Shown piece after piece: positions 47,247 to 56,707 of a DNA stretch of 64,000 nucleotides. The translations under genes were made by a program, and so were the position numbers. Source of the stretch: Lachnospiraceae bacterium (GTDB lineage Bacteria > Bacillota > Clostridia > Lachnospirales > Lachnospiraceae); the NCBI GenBank assembly GCA_016287095.1, contig JAEEVK010000007.1, forward strand, positions 274 to 64,273. Reading direction: 5' to 3'. The notes beneath the pieces are model-generated. The model was not told the origin of the DNA, ran no database searches, and saw only the letters and a program-made list of their open reading frames with translations. The stretch's first letter is position 1, and each line of letters begins with the position of its first letter.

Positions 47247-47296
47247 AAGCATTACTGTCATTCTTCTAATGGGATGACAGTAAAAAAATAACATTT

Positions 47297-47313
47297 ACAT
47301 AACATTGTTATGT
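47297..47313. promoter_or_regulatory. perfect 8-1-8 palindrome, candidate TetR operator upstream of the ABC genes
   Basis: acataaca-t-tgttatgt. Confidence 0.5.
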
Positions 47314-47369
47314 AGAATTCTAACAAACAAAAATCCTGCTTGAAGCAGGGTATCGGAAAGGAGCATAAA

Positions 47370-48071
47370 ATGTACTTAGAAGTTAAAAATGTAAAAAAGA
47401 GTTATGGTCAGGATGGCAGTTACATCCAGGTATTAAAAGGTGTCAGCACCGGTGTGGAAAAAGGGCAGATGTGTGTTATACAGGGCACCAGCGGTTCCGG
47501 GAAATCAACACTCCTTAATTGCATAGGAGGGCTAGACAATATGGATTCGGGATCTGTAAAGGTTGACGGAAATGAGATATTCGGCTTAAATCCTAAAAAA
47601 CTTGCCGACTATAGAAGAGAAAGTCTTGGATTTATATTCCAGTTTTATAATCTTGTGCCCAATCTTACAGTAAGAGAAAATATCAGGATATGTGAATATA
47701 TCTCACAGAATCCTCTGGATATGGATGAACTGCTTGAGACACTGGGGCTTACCGAGCATCAGAATAAGTTCCCTTCACAGCTTTCGGGAGGACAGCAGCA
47801 GAGATGCGCCATAGCAAGAGCCTTGATAAAAAATCCCAAACTCCTTTTGTGTGATGAACCGACAGGAGCGCTGGACTCAAAAACATCAAGGGATATCCTT
47901 ATGCTTCTCGAAAAGATAAACGCAAAGTATAATACAACGATGCTGATAGTAACCCATAATAATTCAATAAAAAATATGGTTCATAAAGTTATATTCCTAA
48001 AAGACGGTCTGATCACAAAGGACTATGAAAACGAAACCAGAGTGCCTGCAGCTGAACTTGAAGACCTGTAA
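47370..48071 (+). CDS. ABC transporter ATP-binding protein (MacB/LolD-type)
   Basis: GTSGSGKSTL, LSGGQQQR, LLLCDEPTGALD. ATG 47370 after ggaaaggag. Confidence 0.9.
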   Translation: MYLEVKNVKKSYGQDGSYIQVLKGVSTGVEKGQMCVIQGTSGSGKSTLLNCIGGLDNMDSGSVKVDGNEIFGLNPKKLADYRRESLGFIFQFYNLVPNLTVRENIRICEYISQNPLDMDELLETLGLTEHQNKFPSQLSGGQQQRCAIARALIKNPKLLLCDEPTGALDSKTSRDILMLLEKINAKYNTTMLIVTHNNSIKNMVHKVIFLKDGLITKDYENETRVPAAELEDL

Positions 48072-48108
48072 TGCGGGATAGAAGAATCTTGTAAATGGAG
48101 AAATAGAC

Positions 48109-50628
48109 ATGAATGGTGTTTTAAATAAAAGAATCCTTCGGGATTTAAAATCAAATTTCGGAAGATATGCAGCTTTGATGCTGATGATCATACTGGGTAT
48201 ATATCTGGTAGTCAGTATAGTAGGATCCTCAGAATTGGTACTGATCGGTACTGAGGAAGCAAAGAGTAAAAATATGGTTGAAGACGGACAGTTTTCAGTA
48301 TTTATCCCTTTGACAGACAGTGAAATTGACAAGCTTTCAGATAAAGGTACAGTTATAGAGAAAATGTTCAGCTTTGATGCTGACAGTTCAAACGGTTCGG
48401 TCTTAAGAGTATTTAAAACAAGAGAAAAGGTTGACCTGATCACACTTGATGAGGGAAGATTACCCAATGCAGAAAATACAGGTAATCATGAAGCAGTTAT
48501 AGAAAAAAATCATGCATCGGTCAACAATATAAAAATCGGAGATACAATCCCTGTATCAGGGGTAAATGTAAAAATAGTCGGTATCGGTTCCGTACCTGAC
48601 TACGATGCTGCACTAAAGACTTTTGCAAGTCCGGCAGTAGACTCAGAGAAATTTGGTGTTATATTCGTATCAGCAGATACATATGAGCACATAAGATCTA
48701 TATCAGAAAAGACAGAGAGCTTTACATATGCTTTCAGACTTGGAGAAGAAAGCGCAGATGATCTGAAAGAAAAAATCAAAGCACTCGACTTTGATTATGA
48801 GAAAGTTGAAGATGAGTATTTCCGTGAGACTATAGGAGAGGCTCTTGATAAGAAAAAAGAATTTACAGATGCTGTTGAGCAGTTGTCGGACGGTACCGGA
48901 AAGGTAAAGGACGGAGCCGAAAAGATGAAAAACGGACTTGCCAAATTTGGAATGGATGATGGAGGTCTGTATGATGGTACGGTTGAACTCGATGATGGTA
49001 TGAAGGAGTTTAAAACCGAGACTGAAAAACTGATAGATGAAGTATTTGAAGTAAAACTTGATAACCTGACAGAGTTTGTAAAAGCAGATGAAAATATCAG
49101 GATAGCAGCTGCAGCAGGAGATGTCATCATGGACAAGCGTGTAGGTCTTGTCGCAGGAGTTATAGTCCTTATACTGTTTGCATATGTTATATCAGTGTTT
49201 ATTGTTCATCAGATAGAGGGAGAGCAGAGTGTAATAGGTGCTTTGTATTCCATGGGAGTAAAGAAAAAAGACTTACTAAGGCATTATGTAGCTCTTCCTA
49301 CTATTATTTCATTCATTGCAGGCGGTATCGGATGTATATTGGCATTCACACCTATCGGTATCCCGATGATGGCTCAGAGCACATATGATTATTTTTCTAT
49401 ACCAGAGTTCGATATGGTACATCCCGCTTATTTGATACTGTATGGACTGGTTCTGCCTCCTGTTATATCTCTGGTAGTAAACCTGATAACTATAAACGGA
49501 AAGTTATCTCGTACAGCACTTTCACTGCTTAGAAATGAACAGAAGAGCGGAAAACTAAAGGCATACAATCTGAAGATAAAGAGCTTTACAAAACTGTTTG
49601 CAGTCAGACAGCTTCTGAGGGAATCAAGGTCAGCCATTATAATACTTATAGGTATGCTGATCACACTTATGGTTATCGTACTTGGCATAAATACATATGT
49701 ATTATGTTCAAATGTAAGGGATGATAATGTAAGGGATACAAAATATGAATATATGTATCTGTTAAAATATCCTATAAAAACCGATGATATTCCGAAAGAG
49801 GCTGAATCTACATACTTAAAGAGCCTGTCAATAGACTGTGAAGGCTATAATCAGGATGTATCGGTGATCGGTATAGATGGTACAAGCAGGTATTTTGATG
49901 CCGATCCCGAGAAGGGGAAAAACAAGGCGGTGATCAATACTTCGCTTATACAGAGATATGGCTACAAAGTGGGAGATAAAATTACATTAGAAGATAAGAC
50001 CATGGATCTGAATTATACATTTACCATTACCGGTATCAGTGATTATTCAGTCGGTTTTACAGTATTCATGGATATAGATTCCATGAGAGAACTGTTTGGA
50101 GAGGATGAAGATTATATCAATGTGCTCTATTCTGATGAAAAGCTTGATATAGAAGAGGGCAGACTGTATTCAGTAACCACAAAAGAGGATATAGAGCACT
50201 CATCAGCAGTATTTCTTGATATTATGATGTCACTGACAGTAACACTTATCAGTGCCGGTATAGTTATATGCTGTGTAGTTATGTATCTTATGATGGCAGT
50301 AATGATCGACAGATCTGCCATGGGAATATCACTGATCAAGATATTCGGATACCGTTCTAATGAAGTCAGAAAGCTGTATCTGAATGGAAACACAGCTATT
50401 GTAGCTATAGGCGGAATAATAACCATCCCTCTTGCAAAGCTGATAATTGATTCAATATATCCTTCATTTATAGCGAATGTAGCCTGCTCCATGAACCTTC
50501 ATTATCCATGGATGCTGTATGCCGGGATATATGTCGGACTTTTGGCAATATACTTTGCAGTCAATGCACTGCTCTTGAGAAAGATTAACAGGATCACTCC
50601 TGCAGAAGTATTAAAAGACAGGGAATAA
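48109..50628 (+). CDS. FtsX-family ABC permease (two FtsX modules, large soluble domains)
   Basis: 839 aa with two 4-TM FtsX-like blocks separated by soluble regions. RBS ggaga. Confidence 0.85.
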   Translation: MNGVLNKRILRDLKSNFGRYAALMLMIILGIYLVVSIVGSSELVLIGTEEAKSKNMVEDGQFSVFIPLTDSEIDKLSDKGTVIEKMFSFDADSSNGSVLRVFKTREKVDLITLDEGRLPNAENTGNHEAVIEKNHASVNNIKIGDTIPVSGVNVKIVGIGSVPDYDAALKTFASPAVDSEKFGVIFVSADTYEHIRSISEKTESFTYAFRLGEESADDLKEKIKALDFDYEKVEDEYFRETIGEALDKKKEFTDAVEQLSDGTGKVKDGAEKMKNGLAKFGMDDGGLYDGTVELDDGMKEFKTETEKLIDEVFEVKLDNLTEFVKADENIRIAAAAGDVIMDKRVGLVAGVIVLILFAYVISVFIVHQIEGEQSVIGALYSMGVKKKDLLRHYVALPTIISFIAGGIGCILAFTPIGIPMMAQSTYDYFSIPEFDMVHPAYLILYGLVLPPVISLVVNLITINGKLSRTALSLLRNEQKSGKLKAYNLKIKSFTKLFAVRQLLRESRSAIIILIGMLITLMVIVLGINTYVLCSNVRDDNVRDTKYEYMYLLKYPIKTDDIPKEAESTYLKSLSIDCEGYNQDVSVIGIDGTSRYFDADPEKGKNKAVINTSLIQRYGYKVGDKITLEDKTMDLNYTFTITGISDYSVGFTVFMDIDSMRELFGEDEDYINVLYSDEKLDIEEGRLYSVTTKEDIEHSSAVFLDIMMSLTVTLISAGIVICCVVMYLMMAVMIDRSAMGISLIKIFGYRSNEVRKLYLNGNTAIVAIGGIITIPLAKLIIDSIYPSFIANVACSMNLHYPWMLYAGIYVGLLAIYFAVNALLLRKINRITPAEVLKDRE

Positions 50629-50633
50629 ACTAC

Positions 50634-50673
50634 AAAAGGCGCATCACGATATTTACATCGTTTTGCGCCTTTT
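50634..50673. terminator. bidirectional terminator between convergent operons
   Basis: aaaaggcgca / tgcgcctttt. Confidence 0.85.
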
Positions 50674-50681
50674 GACAGGTT

Positions 50682-51284
50682 TTATTCAAAATTCTTAAAC
50701 ACTATGATTTCAACCTTATTCCCCAGGATTTTTACTTTTACATCATCTGCAATATTGGCTATAATGGATTTTTCGAGTTCATCCCAGGCCTCTGCAGTTT
50801 CATTATTGCCGTTTTCTTTTTTGATATGATTTCTATAATCAACCATAGACCAGTCAAATGATGCCCCTGAGCCTCCGGCAGGCTGATAAGCGGCTGCTGT
50901 ATTGATCAGAGCCATAGGCAATACTTCTTTTGTTGACAGAAGTGCCGAAGCTATCAATATACGTATCTTTCCCATAACACCTTTCGCTGCGGCATTCTCT
51001 CCGGTAGATGAGCTTTCTAAGAATTGTTTTTTCATCTCATCGGTCAGCTGGACTTCTGACTTCATGTGTACATCGATTTTTTTGCCTGTAACTTCAATCC
51101 AGTAGTCAGCCTCAACATCACCCGCAATACCCTTTAGCAGACCAAACAGTTCCTCTGCCAAAAGCCTCATATGAAGTTTCTGCTTTTTCTCCAGACCGTT
51201 TTCTGAAGAAATACTTTCAGTCATCTCTAAAGCCTGATCAATACCAATATTTTTGCTTGTCACCGTTATTATATCTGATCTCAT
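50682..51284 (-). CDS. hypothetical protein, translationally coupled to the GH36-GT fusion gene
   Basis: RBS ggaaggag lies inside the 3' end of the upstream gene (4-nt gap). No recognisable motif. Confidence 0.6.
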   Translation of the reverse strand: MRSDIITVTSKNIGIDQALEMTESISSENGLEKKQKLHMRLLAEELFGLLKGIAGDVEADYWIEVTGKKIDVHMKSEVQLTDEMKKQFLESSSTGENAAAKGVMGKIRILIASALLSTKEVLPMALINTAAAYQPAGGSGASFDWSMVDYRNHIKKENGNNETAEAWDELEKSIIANIADDVKVKILGNKVEIIVFKNFE

Positions 51285-51288
51285 TATA

Positions 51289-54200
51289 TTAGCTCCTTCC
51301 TCGTATAGCCAACTTCACACACTCATATGCTCCGTTATAATCGCCGTTCTTTTTCATAACATTTATGCGATCACACATATGGATAATCAGTTCCTTATCA
51401 AATATAAACCTGTCTATCATTGCGTTTGCTTTTTGCTCGGTATCGCATTCAAAGGTTCCGTCGCCTGCTTCCTGTGAACATACAGCACCGTATACTTCGT
51501 GCCCTCCGATATGTTTCATAAACAGCTTCGGGATAGGATAATATGCCAGTTCACCGGGTTTTGTTATCAGTACATCACTTTCCGGTATAAGCAGATTCGT
51601 AGCATATACCGCATTAAATATATCAGGATCATAAATGGCGGTTATTCCTTTAGCGTTTCCGTTACGTATAGATTTTACATATTCTTTCAGTCCTTCATAA
51701 TCGTCAAAGAATTTATTTACCTTTATGTCTCCCAGAGCTTTCTGCATCTTTTCATATACATCCTTATGATCACCGAAGTTGATAAAAACGGCTGACTTTC
51801 CACTTCTTACCAAAGGAATCAGATGCTTTACCATAGACAGGAACTGGTCAAATCCGGCTCCGGCACCGCCTACCGTCATTAAGAATCTCATAGGAGCATT
51901 TTCGTTTGCTCTTTTTATTCTTAATGCATTATCCTCCTCTAAGTTAACGAGCAGCTCATGATCCACATATCTTCCTACCATCTTCAGGTCTTTCTCGGGC
52001 ATTCCTTTAAGATCTTTCTTTGAAAAACCGTTCATCATCTTGTAACCCAGATATGCGAAAGGAGTCTGCACGGTATGAATAGCACCTTCGGAAAGATGAA
52101 GCGCCATAGCCCAGTTGTCGGGGATGGCATTTACCACATGCGTCATCCCGGCATGGATCGCAGCCTGGCTCGGCCAAACATGAGTAGCTATATAAGGAAC
52201 ATCTTTAGGCAATGCATTTAGTATCGGCTTAAGAAGTTCGGCATTTTTCTGGTCCTTTGCATTATATGTAATCTGACGGAACCCCTCTTTGTTCAGCGGC
52301 TCCCATACAAAATGATTAAACACATGCGACTTCTGTGATATGCGTGACGCAAGCGAATACATATCATTCTGTTCACGTATCATTTTTGAACCGGTGGCAT
52401 CAAAACCTGCAAGATCCAACCAATACGGAGTATAGCCCAGTGCCTTTGCACAGGAAGCCATAGCTATGCTTATACGGTAGTGGCCAAATCCCATCCTGAT
52501 ATTACCGACCACAAGAGGATTATCCGCTAAGCTGAAAACTTCTCCGGTGTTATTAATGTCATCATCTTTTAAAACAAGTTTCTTTACGCCGATATTATCA
52601 AGAGCAGGTACATCTGTCACATCAAAGCTGTATTTTTTATCTGAATCATCACCATATTTATCAATAAATTTCTGTTTTGATTTTTCTGCTTTTGCTACTA
52701 CCTTGCTGTCTATCTTATTCCCAAATATTACCTTTGTATGATCTGCGTTTTTATCTTTTCTTACGCGTCTCTGCTTTTCCAGCATGGTACCTTTTTGCGG
52801 ATCATAAATAATGATGCGGTTTTTACCGTTTAATTCGAATTCTATAAATATACATTTGCTTTTTCTGGTATAAGATACCAGTCTGCCGTTTTTAAAGATG
52901 GCAAGGGCATCCTCCAGTATTTTTTTCTTATCAGCATCGTATTCAGCGATATTATCCGATGTCATAAGAAGAGAGCCAAACAATGCATTTATTTTCGTAA
53001 GTGCTTTTCTCTGTTCTAATGAAAGCTTAATATTGTCGTCCCTCAGAAGGAAAACATCAGGATCATTCATAAACATATGCCCATCAAGCATACTCCTGAA
53101 AATGGTATTTTGGAGAGTAACCTTGGTTGAAACTCTTTCCGGGTGGAACATTCTCATATATAAAGCATCGTCAAAGGACAATGATACATCCGGTCCTATA
53201 CGGCAGAAATCAAATTTCCCGTTTGCATTTGAAAGTGTTGCTCCGCATCCCAGTATCAGAGCATCACCCAACTCCTCACGGAGCAGTGAGTATGCATATT
53301 CCGATGTCTCGCTTTTGGTTTTCCCATGGATAGGACAGAGATTTACAGCATAGAGGAAATCAAGTTTAAAGAAATCAAACCCGAGTTCCTTATGAAATCT
53401 AAGCGACTCCCTGACATATTTAACAGCGTCTTCGTTATTTAGGTCAAGCGGCATGAAACCGCTCCAATTGCTTCCGGCATAAATGTTGTTTCCATCGGAG
53501 TCTTTTGCAATCCATTCCGGATGCTCCTTGGCAACTGCTGATTCTGTTTCAGCCACGAAAGGAGCCAGCCATATACCGGCCTTCATACCCTTGTCATGAA
53601 TCTTTTTAACTATACCCTCGAGCCCGTCCGGGAACTTATCGGCATCTATATCCATCCAGTCCCCAACTTTGGTCTCATAACCATCATCTATCTGGAACAG
53701 ATTGAATCTTGCATCGGATTTTTCCAAAGCATCCGATATCAGTTCTTCATTTATGTCCTGATAATGATTGTACCATGAAGTATATCCGAATAATTTTTCT
53801 TTTGTCCTGGGACTAAACCGGTCAATATATTCTTTCCCGTCCGGCAGGATAACATAGTCGAACAAGGTATAGCTTTCACCGCTTTGAAGTTTTCTGCCTT
53901 CTATGTCGCTTTGCAGACGGATCAGGTTTTTCCCTTCATCAAACCATATGAGAAGGTATGCGTTTTTGAAGTTCATATTACCAATAAACACAGGGTTTTC
54001 TCCCTTGATGTAGGAAAAATCAAAACCCAGATGTGTTCCCACAGGCATATCCCAAAATGCCTGTGAACCATAAGCCTTAAACTTATACTTTTCCACTACA
54101 TTTTTAGGTCTGTTATTCAGATTGTTAAGGTATTCACCTATGGCAAATTCTTTAGTTTCGGTCCATGATTGGTACCCGTTGGCCATTATCAGATCATCGG

Positions 54201-54372
54201 GATTAAAATATTTCTTCAAAGATAAGTCGGCATCTATCAGCTCTATATCCTGGAAAGCTGTAACAGTTACAGTTCTTCTGTTCTTAGATTTTTTTTCTTC
54301 TATTACTACATTCGCATCAGAGGTCCTGGTAACCACCTGGGTTCCCTGAACGGAGTATTTCAGATTTATCAT
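51289..54372 (-). CDS. fusion protein: GH36-type alpha-galactosidase-like domain (N) plus GT-B glycosyltransferase-like domain (C)
   Basis: N-part: FQIDDGYETKVGDWMD, AGIWLAPF, FFKLDFLYA, MNDPDVF (TmGalA-like melibiase pattern). C-part: GNIRMGFGHYRI, TVGGAGAG, ITKPGELAYYPIP...GGHE (MGDG-synthase/GT28-like pattern). Confidence 0.75.
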   Translation of the reverse strand: MINLKYSVQGTQVVTRTSDANVVIEEKKSKNRRTVTVTAFQDIELIDADLSLKKYFNPDDLIMANGYQSWTETKEFAIGEYLNNLNNRPKNVVEKYKFKAYGSQAFWDMPVGTHLGFDFSYIKGENPVFIGNMNFKNAYLLIWFDEGKNLIRLQSDIEGRKLQSGESYTLFDYVILPDGKEYIDRFSPRTKEKLFGYTSWYNHYQDINEELISDALEKSDARFNLFQIDDGYETKVGDWMDIDADKFPDGLEGIVKKIHDKGMKAGIWLAPFVAETESAVAKEHPEWIAKDSDGNNIYAGSNWSGFMPLDLNNEDAVKYVRESLRFHKELGFDFFKLDFLYAVNLCPIHGKTKSETSEYAYSLLREELGDALILGCGATLSNANGKFDFCRIGPDVSLSFDDALYMRMFHPERVSTKVTLQNTIFRSMLDGHMFMNDPDVFLLRDDNIKLSLEQRKALTKINALFGSLLMTSDNIAEYDADKKKILEDALAIFKNGRLVSYTRKSKCIFIEFELNGKNRIIIYDPQKGTMLEKQRRVRKDKNADHTKVIFGNKIDSKVVAKAEKSKQKFIDKYGDDSDKKYSFDVTDVPALDNIGVKKLVLKDDDINNTGEVFSLADNPLVVGNIRMGFGHYRISIAMASCAKALGYTPYWLDLAGFDATGSKMIREQNDMYSLASRISQKSHVFNHFVWEPLNKEGFRQITYNAKDQKNAELLKPILNALPKDVPYIATHVWPSQAAIHAGMTHVVNAIPDNWAMALHLSEGAIHTVQTPFAYLGYKMMNGFSKKDLKGMPEKDLKMVGRYVDHELLVNLEEDNALRIKRANENAPMRFLMTVGGAGAGFDQFLSMVKHLIPLVRSGKSAVFINFGDHKDVYEKMQKALGDIKVNKFFDDYEGLKEYVKSIRNGNAKGITAIYDPDIFNAVYATNLLIPESDVLITKPGELAYYPIPKLFMKHIGGHEVYGAVCSQEAGDGTFECDTEQKANAMIDRFIFDKELIIHMCDRINVMKKNGDYNGAYECVKLAIRGRS

Positions 54373-54378
54373 TAGATT

Positions 54379-55782
54379 TTACCTCCCTTCATTATCTTTA
54401 TGAGCCTTCTCTATGGTTCCCATAACATTTTTCTCATCGTAGAAAAGTATGATAGCCATAGCTATGATGCAGAGGACCAGTGCGATCACAAGACTTATAC
54501 GATATCCGGTTCCGGTGTTTTTAAGTATTTCTACTCCGGCCTCATTTGTCTCGGTATATTGTCCTACTACAGCAAGAGAAGTAAATATGATCATAGCGAT
54601 AGACTGTCCCAGTTTAAATGCAAAGGTTCTGGCTGCATAGAACATCGCATCCCTGTTTTCACCGGTGTTTATGCAGTCACTTTCTGCTATATCAGCAACT
54701 ATAGCCTGGGGTATGACACCCAGGATTGAAAGCGGGACTCCAACCAGTACACAGATGATAAAGCCATATACCTGATTGGGTATAAATGAAACTTTTCCGG
54801 CAAATGCCGAAACAAGAAATGCGAATCCGAACAGTGCAAATCCCCATACCAGCAGTTTTTTCTTGCCGAATTTACGGGACAGAATATTTACCACAGGATA
54901 GCAGATGAATGTCACAAAGGTCATGAAGATGAAAAGCACCATATAGTTATCAAGTGCCAGGAGATTTTCAACATAGTAGATAAAACCGGTATTGAAAATA
55001 GTTATACCGATCCAGTATATGATATCCGAAAGAACAAAGACTCTGAAATGCTTGTTTTTAAAGGTCTTTGCCAAAGATTTAAATGCGTTTTCCTTTACAG
55101 GAGGAGTAGTGTCATAATCGGTTTCTTTTATGATAAACGCAGGAAGCAGCATACAGATAAGAGCTATGCCGGCAAGCACTGCAAGTACCAGGCGGGCACT
55201 GAAATAGTAATCCCATCCGGTGGCATTTGCAACAGCTTCCCATATCATCTTACCGGAAAAAGCAATACCTGTACCCACTATATAAGTCAGGGAAATATAT
55301 GTAGAAATATCCATTCTGTCTTTCTGATTCCTGCCAAGCACAGGGATCAAAGCGTTGTAAGGAGTACAGTATGCGGTCATGAATATGTAGAACAATATCA
55401 TGGTCACAGCAAGCCAAATAATATTTGCTACAGATTCCCCACGTACCGGACAGCAGAATATCAGTACCGTAAGCAGTGCAAAAGGAAATGCGGAGTATCT
55501 CATGAAAGGAATACGTTTACCAAGTTTACTCCTGCAGTTATCTGACATACTAGCTATCCAGGGGTCAGTCACCGCATCCACAACTCTGCCGCAAGCAGTG
55601 ATGAGACCTATGACTGTCAACCCAATAAATGTGGCACTTGTTACGAATGTGATAATGCCATTATCGGTAGAATCAGGAAGATAGAAATTGACTAGCAGAT
55701 TTGCTATGATTCCTGCAAGAATAGACCACCCCATTTGGCCTACAGCAAAGATCCATTTGATTTTACCCGATACATGCTTCAT
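54379..55782 (-). CDS. MFS transporter, glycoside-pentoside-hexuronide (GPH) family
   Basis: 12 TM. GRVVDAVTDPWIASMSD motif typical of MelB-like symporters. ATG 55782 after gaaagaagg. Confidence 0.85.
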   Translation of the reverse strand: MKHVSGKIKWIFAVGQMGWSILAGIIANLLVNFYLPDSTDNGIITFVTSATFIGLTVIGLITACGRVVDAVTDPWIASMSDNCRSKLGKRIPFMRYSAFPFALLTVLIFCCPVRGESVANIIWLAVTMILFYIFMTAYCTPYNALIPVLGRNQKDRMDISTYISLTYIVGTGIAFSGKMIWEAVANATGWDYYFSARLVLAVLAGIALICMLLPAFIIKETDYDTTPPVKENAFKSLAKTFKNKHFRVFVLSDIIYWIGITIFNTGFIYYVENLLALDNYMVLFIFMTFVTFICYPVVNILSRKFGKKKLLVWGFALFGFAFLVSAFAGKVSFIPNQVYGFIICVLVGVPLSILGVIPQAIVADIAESDCINTGENRDAMFYAARTFAFKLGQSIAMIIFTSLAVVGQYTETNEAGVEILKNTGTGYRISLVIALVLCIIAMAIILFYDEKNVMGTIEKAHKDNEGR

Positions 55783-56040
55783 AGACACCTTCTTTCCGAA
55801 AAAACATGTGATACACACATATTATTTCTACTATAAGTAATGCGTCAAAAGGTTTTACCCCTATTGATATATATATCGGATATTTTAGTAAAAAACTTAA
55901 CTTATTTGGGAAAATTTTGAGTTAATTGACAAAGGGGATTTTTTTAAAATGCTATGATAACTATTTTTGATAGTGGTCGCTTTTGATTTGAAACTATTGA
56001 TTCTTCAAACACTTTATGCTATTTATTTAATTGTGCACGC

Positions 56041-56450
56041 GGTTACTTCAGAAAGCATCATATTGAAGCGCTCCTTAAGACGGCAAAGATTAAACCTATG
56101 GTAAATCAGATCAGGTTGTGTCCCGGTGAAACTCAGAATGAAAACGTTGAGTACTGCAGATCTCAGGGTATGATCCTTGAAGCATATAGTCCACTTGAAA
56201 CAGGTAGATATTTGATGTACCTGAGATGAAGAAGCTTGCTGATAAATATGGCAGGAGCGTTGCTCAGATATGTATTCGTTGGAGCCTTCAGAGAGGGTAC
56301 CTGCCATTACCTAGGTCTGTTACACCTTCAAGGATAGAGGAAAATCTAAAGGTATTCGATTTTGAACTTGAAGAAGCAGATGTTCAGCTGATAGCAGGAC
56401 TTACAGGTTGTGTAGGTTTGTCAGAAAATCCTGATACAATGCCATTCTAA
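56041..56450 (+). pseudogene. aldo-keto reductase remnant: 5'-truncated and frameshifted
   Basis: Frame 1 reads ...IEALLKTAKIKPMVNQIRLCPG...YCRSQGMILEAYSPLETG, then a stop at 56227. Frame 3 continues IFDVPEMKKLADKYGRSVAQICIRWSLQRGYLPLPRSVTPSRIEENL. The N-terminal ~140 aa are absent. Confidence 0.8.
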
Positions 56451-56463
56451 ATATAATATTGAT

Positions 56464-56498
56464 TACACCAAATCTATGATTAGGTTTGGTGTATTTTT
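56464..56498 (+). terminator. intrinsic terminator retained after the pseudogene
   Basis: tacaccaaa / tttggtgta stem then T5. Confidence 0.75.
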
Positions 56499-56525
56499 AT
56501 TTATCAAGAAAAATGAAAAATTTGC

Positions 56526-56578
56526 TTGACAACTAAAAAAAGAAATGATATAAATATAGAGGTTAGCAATGGCTAACT
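56526..56578 (+). promoter_or_regulatory. promoter plus perfect box upstream of DUF3793-flavodoxin
   Basis: TTGACA 56526..56531, 17-nt spacer, TGn-TATAAA 56549..56554. Box ggttagcaatggctaact 56561..56578. Confidence 0.65.
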
Positions 56579-56667
56579 AAAACATATTTGTTTCAGCCCG
56601 ATTTTCGGTCAGCTTATGTTAGTAAAAACTTGGGGTTTATAGGTTGACCGATTATTTAAAAGGATGA

Positions 56668-56685
56668 GGTTAGCAAATGCTAACT
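56668..56685. promoter_or_regulatory. second perfect box near the RBS/start of the DUF3793 gene
   Basis: ggttagcaaatgctaact (GTTAG-N6-CTAAC), 23 nt before the ATG. Confidence 0.5.
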
Positions 56686-56707
56686 ATATTATTGGAAGGT
56701 ACATTCA

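Noticed and set aside
56023-56307. Minus-strand ORF overlapping the AKR remnant
   Set aside because: The plus-strand frames show clear aldo-keto reductase homology. The minus ORF has no RBS or recognisable features.
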